A stretch of DNA of 37,665 bases from the NCBI GenBank assembly GCA_018985235.1, contig JADGIG010000028.1:1-37665 (forward strand). Reading direction: 5' to 3'. Positions 32,630-37,665 of the stretch are shown one piece after another. How positions within the stretch are numbered: position 1 is the first letter of the stretch; each line of letters opens with the position of its first letter. Below the pieces are notes generated by a model, which was given only the letters and a program-made list of their open reading frames with translations, was not told the origin of the DNA and ran no database searches. A program made the translations under genes and the position numbers. The DNA comes from Sanchytrium tribonematis (Eukaryota).

Positions 32630-33196
32630 ATGGCAGGAATTAAGTATGGTAGAACACCAGATAATATCGAGAAGTCGGTCAAAGCAAAAGCTTCCAATAT
32701 CAGAGTATCTTACAAAAACACATTCGAAACTGCAAATGCGTTGAAAGGTATGAAATTAAAAAAGGCAGTCTATTATTTGAATGATGTCAAAGCTCATAAA
32801 AGATGTATTCCTTTTAGACAATTTAATCGCGGAGTAGGAAGAACTCCACAATGTAAAGAATGGAAGCACACTCAAGGTAGATGGCCGGAAAAGAGTTGTG
32901 ACTTTTTATTGAGTGTTTTGAAGAATTTGGAAAGCAACGCAGAAAAAAAAGGATTAAATGTTGATTCTTTAGTAGTTAATCATGTTAGTGTGAATCAAGC
33001 TGCAAAAATGAGACGAAGAACATACCGTGCTCATGGTAGAATTAACGCTTATTTGAGTAGTCCATCTCATTTAGAAATTATTGCAACTGAAGAGGAATCT
33101 TTGGTACCTAAGTCGTCTGCTGAACCAAAGAAACCTAAACTCACACAACAACAAATCGGAAAAGCTTTACATCGTAGAAAATACAGCAAGAAATAA
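32630..33196 (+). CDS. RPL17: 60S ribosomal protein L17 (uL22)
   Basis: [31 protein letters not shown] 32630. Confidence 0.98.
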   Translation: MAGIKYGRTPDNIEKSVKAKASNIRVSYKNTFETANALKGMKLKKAVYYLNDVKAHKRCIPFRQFNRGVGRTPQCKEWKHTQGRWPEKSCDFLLSVLKNLESNAEKKGLNVDSLVVNHVSVNQAAKMRRRTYRAHGRINAYLSSPSHLEIIATEEESLVPKSSAEPKKPKLTQQQIGKALHRRKYSKK

Positions 33197-33293
33197 ATCT
33201 GTCTTTACTTCCATATTATACGTTGTTTGTACGACACATGTACAATCTGTACCAAATAAAACATGATTCATTACATCTGAAAATAGACTAAAT

Positions 33294-33671
33294 TTATTTG
33301 TTAGAAGAAGTGAATTTGGTAACAGCTTTAGTTCCTTCAGATACAGCATGTTTAGCCAATTCACCAGGTAAAATTAAACGAACAGATGTTTGTACTTCTC
33401 TAGATGTGATCGTGGATTTTTTGTTATAGGCTGCTAATTTAGAGGCTTCGTTTGCAATTCTCTCAAAGATATCACCGACAAAAGAATTCATAATTCCCAT
33501 AGCTTTGTTTGAAATACCGGTATCTGGATGTACTTGTTTCAAAACCTTGTAAATGTAGGTGGAATAAGTCTCTTTTCTAACCTTACGTCTTTTAGCTGGT
33601 CCATCAGATGTTTTCTTTGCTGCTTTTGCTGGAGCTTTACCTGCTGGTTTCTTTTCTGCCTTTGGTGCCAT
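33294..33671 (-). CDS. HTB1: Histone H2B
   Basis: [16 protein letters not shown]...[13 protein letters not shown]. Confidence 0.99.
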   Translation of the reverse strand: MAPKAEKKPAGKAPAKAAKKTSDGPAKRRKVRKETYSTYIYKVLKQVHPDTGISNKAMGIMNSFVGDIFERIANEASKLAAYNKKSTITSREVQTSVRLILPGELAKHAVSEGTKAVTKFTSSNK

Positions 33672-33720
33672 TTGTACCGAACGAGGGACTTGAAGATTTT
33701 ATATCAAAATTCTTGCTCGA

Positions 33721-33763
33721 TGATTGGTTTAAAAGTCAAAAAGTAAGCGTCATTTTTGATTGG
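33721..33763 (-). promoter_or_regulatory. Histone promoter module (two CCAAT boxes), left arm of a 43-bp inverted repeat
   Basis: 39/43 identical to the reverse complement of 33913-33955; lies just upstream of the H2B TATAAAA (33703). Confidence 0.8.
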
Positions 33764-33912
33764 CCGAAAAAAAATTGTTTGAAAAATTCAATTAAACATA
33801 AAGCTTTTTACCATTTAATGTCACAAAATTGATATCCCCACTAGAAAATAAAGATCATATTTTGCAAACATTTTAGTTTGATTGGTTTAATTGGATCACG
33901 TTATTCATTGCA

Positions 33913-33955
33913 CCAATCAAAAAAGTCGCTTTGTTTTTGACTTTTAAACCAATCA
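33913..33955 (+). promoter_or_regulatory. Histone promoter module (two CCAAT boxes), right arm of the inverted repeat
   Basis: Mirror of 33721-33763; upstream of the H2A TATAAA (33974). Confidence 0.8.
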
Positions 33956-34004
33956 ATTGTCCACATTGTCGTTTATAAACGAGCTACCCTCATATAGTTA
34001 TAAC

Positions 34005-34418
34005 ATGGCAGGTGCAGGTAAAGGTGGTAAAAAAGAAGCAGCAGGTGGTAAAACAAAATCAAGATCCTCAAAGGCAGGATTACAATTTCCAGTTGGCCGT
34101 ATTCATAGATTATTGAGAAAGGGAAACTACGCACAACGTATTGGTGCAGGCGCTCCCGTTTATTTGGCTGCTGTATTGGAATATTTAAGTGCTGAAATCT
34201 TGGAATTGGCAGGTAATGCAGCTAGAGATAACAAGAAAACCAGAATTATTCCAAGACATTTACAATTAGCCATAAGAAATGACGAAGAACTTAACAAACT
34301 CCTCGGAAATGTGACTATTGCCCAAGGTGGTGTATTGCCAAATATTCATGCTGTTCTTCTGCCTAAGAAAGTCAAGGGTGCTGGAAAAGGACCTGCTGAT
34401 GAAAGCCAAGAATATTAA
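34005..34418 (+). CDS. HTA1: Histone H2A (C-terminal SQEY)
   Basis: [17 protein letters not shown]...[13 protein letters not shown] 34005. Confidence 0.99.
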   Translation: MAGAGKGGKKEAAGGKTKSRSSKAGLQFPVGRIHRLLRKGNYAQRIGAGAPVYLAAVLEYLSAEILELAGNAARDNKKTRIIPRHLQLAIRNDEELNKLLGNVTIAQGGVLPNIHAVLLPKKVKGAGKGPADESQEY

Positions 34419-34437
34419 TTAAATTCAGTTTATTATT

Positions 34438-35130
34438 TTACATAAAATCATCTTCTATAAATCCATCTTTGTTGCTAATTGCGGCATTTTCGTCGAACAT
34501 ATCAACGTAAGCCATTTCTTTCTCAACTTTCTTTTTCAAACTAGCATCTTTTTGATTCTTAATAGATTCTTTATACTCTTTATAGCTGTTCGAAATGGAA
34601 GTGTGATATTCAACTTTGGTTTTTTTAAAATCTTCCTCATTTTTTTCAACCTTGGTTTTAGTGAGTTTCTTCAATAGCTGCCCATCCCGCTCTATGCGAA
34701 CTCGTTTAACAAGGTTATCTTTCATAAAGCTCACTGTACCAGTATCCATTCCTCTTGTTTTCTTCAGATTCCAGCAAGGAGTGTAAATAATATCCACTGC
34801 ATCTTCTTTGCTGCCCTTGATAGAATTTCCCTTCACAATCTGTCCGCAATCAAGCAAAACTTGCTCGGGTATTGTAATGCTCTTGAAAACTTTTTCCATT
34901 TCTTTAAATGGCAAGGTTTTAAAATTCTTGTATTGTGCGAAATGATTTTGTAATATTTCCGTTATTTTTAATTTGAATTCCTCGCTTCTTAGATACACAT
35001 GCGCGGAAGAAAGATGGTCAACATGGAACCATATATCGTATTCGCAACAATGCTGAATCAAAATTTCATTTTCAAACTTGTCTCTACCCATATACACCAT
35101 ATCTTTTTCAAGTTGAAAATAAAAAACCAT
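34438..35130 (-). CDS. CCDC25: CCDC25/Jlp2 NFACT-R domain protein
   Basis: MVFYF, YMGRDKFENE, DIWFHVDHLSSAHVYLR, NSIKG, YTPCWNLKKT, EDDFM. Confidence 0.93.
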   Translation of the reverse strand: MVFYFQLEKDMVYMGRDKFENEILIQHCCEYDIWFHVDHLSSAHVYLRSEEFKLKITEILQNHFAQYKNFKTLPFKEMEKVFKSITIPEQVLLDCGQIVKGNSIKGSKEDAVDIIYTPCWNLKKTRGMDTGTVSFMKDNLVKRVRIERDGQLLKKLTKTKVEKNEEDFKKTKVEYHTSISNSYKEYKESIKNQKDASLKKKVEKEMAYVDMFDENAAISNKDGFIEDDFM

Positions 35131-35162
35131 TTGTTTTACCCGTTAACAAAATTATAAATTTA

Positions 35163-36257
35163 TTAAATAAAAGATCTGTACGATCCGTAATCTGACTTCT
35201 TGATTGAGTCTTTATTTTTGTTGACGTTTGACTTTCTTAATTTTAACGGCTTGTGTTTGTCTTTATATTCTACATGTTCATCAGTGCGTATCTCGATAAC
35301 GACTTGCTTCGAACTTGTATTTTCTTTCTTTTCCTTAACTTTTTTTGGTTTAATGTAGCCAGATGCTTTAACCAGTACATCTAATGCTTCATTAATTTCA
35401 ATCTCGTCCAATGTTGGAAATTCTCCGACATTGCAATTCCATTTCTGTGCAAAACCAATGACACCTTCTACATCCCTATCATAGTACATTTCTGCGTTCT
35501 CATGACTTGTGCTAACCATTTGAGGAAAATCAATCAAATATACCTTTTCATCATCATCAATCATCAAATTATATACATTCAAGTCGCCATGGATGAGACC
35601 GAATTCAGCCAGCTGTATCACAATTGATTTCATTTGGTCAAAAACATGTTGACTATCCAAAAATTGTCTTATTTGAGTGATTGGATATCCATTAATGGGT
35701 GACATGACTACCATGTGTCTATTGTGCCATATAGGCTCCGGTACAGGTAGCCGTTTATGTAAAATTGACATGAACGAAAATTCTTTTTCTGCTGATAATC
35801 TTGACAATAATAGCCATGAAGCATTATTTCTATTACCCATGTAGTCTCGATTGTTTTTCACCGTCCTAAAAGAAGTTCTACCAAGTCTATGTATTTTTAT
35901 AACCACATCTCTAGGACCTTCTTCTGTATCCATTGATCCAAGATATACATCACTTTCTTTACCAACCCCCAATTGTTTTCCTATTCCTAAAAGTCCTCTT
36001 TTCTCTAAAGTAAATAGTGCCATGTAATCATATCCCCCATATCCAAGTCTGTATCCACAAGTCTTTGCATTGTTTTCATAAGAAATTAATTTCCAATTCA
36101 TTAGTTGTTTCAATTCATTGTACACCGGTTTCTTGTATACGGCGGAGAGTAGATCAATAGGGATGTACTCGTGATTCTTGCATAGAATTTCCATACATTG
36201 GAGTAACCTCATTTGATCTGATGTCATTTGTGATAAATGAAGCGGGTTTAATCTCAT
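35163..36257 (-). CDS. RIO2: Serine/threonine kinase Rio2
   Basis: GYDYMAL, GVGKESDVY, HRLGRTSFR, IHGDLN, IDFPQMVS. Confidence 0.97.
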   Translation of the reverse strand: MRLNPLHLSQMTSDQMRLLQCMEILCKNHEYIPIDLLSAVYKKPVYNELKQLMNWKLISYENNAKTCGYRLGYGGYDYMALFTLEKRGLLGIGKQLGVGKESDVYLGSMDTEEGPRDVVIKIHRLGRTSFRTVKNNRDYMGNRNNASWLLLSRLSAEKEFSFMSILHKRLPVPEPIWHNRHMVVMSPINGYPITQIRQFLDSQHVFDQMKSIVIQLAEFGLIHGDLNVYNLMIDDDEKVYLIDFPQMVSTSHENAEMYYDRDVEGVIGFAQKWNCNVGEFPTLDEIEINEALDVLVKASGYIKPKKVKEKKENTSSKQVVIEIRTDEHVEYKDKHKPLKLRKSNVNKNKDSIKKSDYGSYRSFI

Positions 36258-36460
36258 GGAGAATGTTTAAAAGGAGATTATAGAAATTCTTTATTCTTCA
36301 TATTTTAGCGTGAATTGGATGACTTTTCAGACCTAAATTCAAAGAATTTCAAAAATCAAATAAGCAATTTTCAGTATATTAAATGTGACAAATGCTAATT
36401 GGTTTATCTCGGAAATTTTTCCTAAATGTTACTATAAGAAAGTTCTGTTGAAGAATCGAT

Positions 36461-36763
36461 ATGAAATATCTCTTTATGGCTAATGCTATCCAAGCAGCAT
36501 ATCCAGAATCGCCATTCTCAAAGGTATCAAATGGCTCCATCAGAAATACTATAAATGAATCGTATGGCAGTGTTGTTCATTACAATAAAAGTGGCGCATA
36601 CGAGGAGTTTGAGTTGAGCCCGATGGCTACACAGACAGAAGATGGTCTTGCAGATTCCCTAGAGTCGACTATATATGACGATCTTGAGAATGACTTGACT
36701 TATTCCAGTTCCTCTTCAATTCCGCTTTCATTCGCTTATATACTAAGTATGTTTATTCAGTAA
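36461..36763 (+). CDS. Small secreted acidic, probably GPI-anchored protein
   Basis: MKYL start, hydrophobic C-terminus after TYSSSSS; TATAAG 28 nt upstream; termini resemble 16388-16867. Confidence 0.75.
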   Translation: MKYLFMANAIQAAYPESPFSKVSNGSIRNTINESYGSVVHYNKSGAYEEFELSPMATQTEDGLADSLESTIYDDLENDLTYSSSSSIPLSFAYILSMFIQ

Positions 36764-36957
36764 ATTACATATCTTGAAAAAATTTGTTTTAAACTTATCT
36801 TTATCTTAAGAAGCATCTCGAATTAATTAGAAGTTTTATGCAATTTTGCAAAATTCTTTAAATTCTACAAGGAAAAGTGATCGTCGATGAAAAGATTCTC
36901 TTTAATGTGAGTATTATTGATTGAAGGAGGAAACTCTTATTTGTTTTTACCCGCACT

Positions 36958-37665
36958 ATGTTAGAGCAACTTCAACAATATTTTACTCAAATGAATGAAT
37001 ACCCTGAGTTACAACCTTTTATTCTTGACGAAATTCAACAAGAAATCAATTTTATGCAGGAAGATGAATTGGAATTGATGCATATGCAGAGTTTATTATT
37101 GCCTCTATTAAATATATGCATTGCAAATTCTAATAATGCCATTCTTCAACTATTATTTGATATCCATCCATTTCTACTGATTAAAGTATCACCATTAATA
37201 GACAACGTAGTCATTTTGAACCAAGTTGTCAAGACCATTAAACAATTTAAGTTGTATAAACATGCAAATTGGATCTCATTTATATGGTCTCATTTGACTT
37301 CTGACATAAATATTAAGGATCTGGCACTGATAACAATGCAATCCATACGCTTTTTTCAGCTTGAAATTAACATCCCAGAATTTGTTCAAAACATCCGAGC
37401 ACTCGAAATCCGGGAAGGAAGTTTGATTCAAGTCATTTCATTGCTACTTAAAAATAACCAGGACAGCCAGTTGGTGGATCTGATGATGCACCTAAGTATT
37501 GATTTATTTCAGCGAGTTTTACACAATGATTTTTCACCAGATTTGCTTGATCAAATTGATCATATTATTCATCATGGTACACATGAACTTCTCCCAGACT
37601 GTATTAATGCTATATTTCAAGCGATATTGAAATCAGAAATAGATATTCCTGCTTTTAATAAGTCT
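36958..37665 (+). CDS. Leu/Ile-rich alpha-helical (ARM/HEAT-like) protein, runs off the window
   Basis: 236 open codons from ATG 36958 (MLEQLQQYF...); possible upstream mini-exon 36887-36906 via a weaker 20-nt intron 36907-36926. Confidence 0.8.
   Translation, partial: MLEQLQQYFTQMNEYPELQPFILDEIQQEINFMQEDELELMHMQSLLLPLLNICIANSNNAILQLLFDIHPFLLIKVSPLIDNVVILNQVVKTIKQFKLYKHANWISFIWSHLTSDINIKDLALITMQSIRFFQLEINIPEFVQNIRALEIREGSLIQVISLLLKNNQDSQLVDLMMHLSIDLFQRVLHNDFSPDLLDQIDHIIHHGTHELLPDCINAIFQAILKSEIDIPAFNKS

Noticed and set aside
33197..33293. Metazoan-type histone 3' stem-loop
   Set aside because: No conserved 6-bp stem/4-nt loop after either histone stop codon.
1..37665. Non-standard genetic code or programmed frameshifts as the cause of split ORFs
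   Set aside because: TAA/TGA end conserved proteins at expected positions, and every split in a conserved gene is resolved exactly by a GT-AG micro-intron.
36958..37665. Naming the last ORF as Ufd4/TRIP12
   Set aside because: Only a vague N-terminal resemblance; the diagnostic HECT domain would lie outside the window.
1..37665. Transposons, CRISPR arrays, rRNA
   Set aside because: No transposase or RT motifs, spaced direct-repeat arrays or rRNA-like sequence seen.

Overview
AT-rich, extremely compact eukaryotic (fungal-type) nuclear DNA read with the standard code: about 33 protein genes plus one tRNA-Ala(TGC), often only 1-60 bp apart. Chitin synthase, fungal H2A ending SQEY and a metazoan-like LAMTOR3 point to a reduced early-diverging fungus; a sanchytrid-like lineage is a guess, not something the sequence proves. 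Housekeeping genes include an S8 protease, proteasome alpha7, probable Nup192/205, thymidylate kinase, Swi5, Mgr2, thiolase, MCM6, an ABCB pump, Lcp5, Faf1-like, Rsp5, an MFS pump, RPS9/RPL17, H2B/H2A, CCDC25 and Rio2. The main signal is a set of ultrashort 19-20 nt GT-AG introns (consensus GTA...TTNAYTTAG, A fixed at -6) that repair five broken ORFs. An in-frame 57-nt GT..AG insert in proteasome alpha7 can be decomposed into three nested 19-nt introns. Other observations: TATA boxes about 30 nt before the ATG (near-leaderless mRNAs), stop codons embedded in a TAAA motif, a catalytically dead chitin-synthase paralog near an intact one, a degenerate bacterial-type AAA-ATPase, a two-member orphan family, an unannotated 52-aa micro-gene and a 43-bp inverted-repeat histone promoter. 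No database searches were run; family calls come from recognised motifs.
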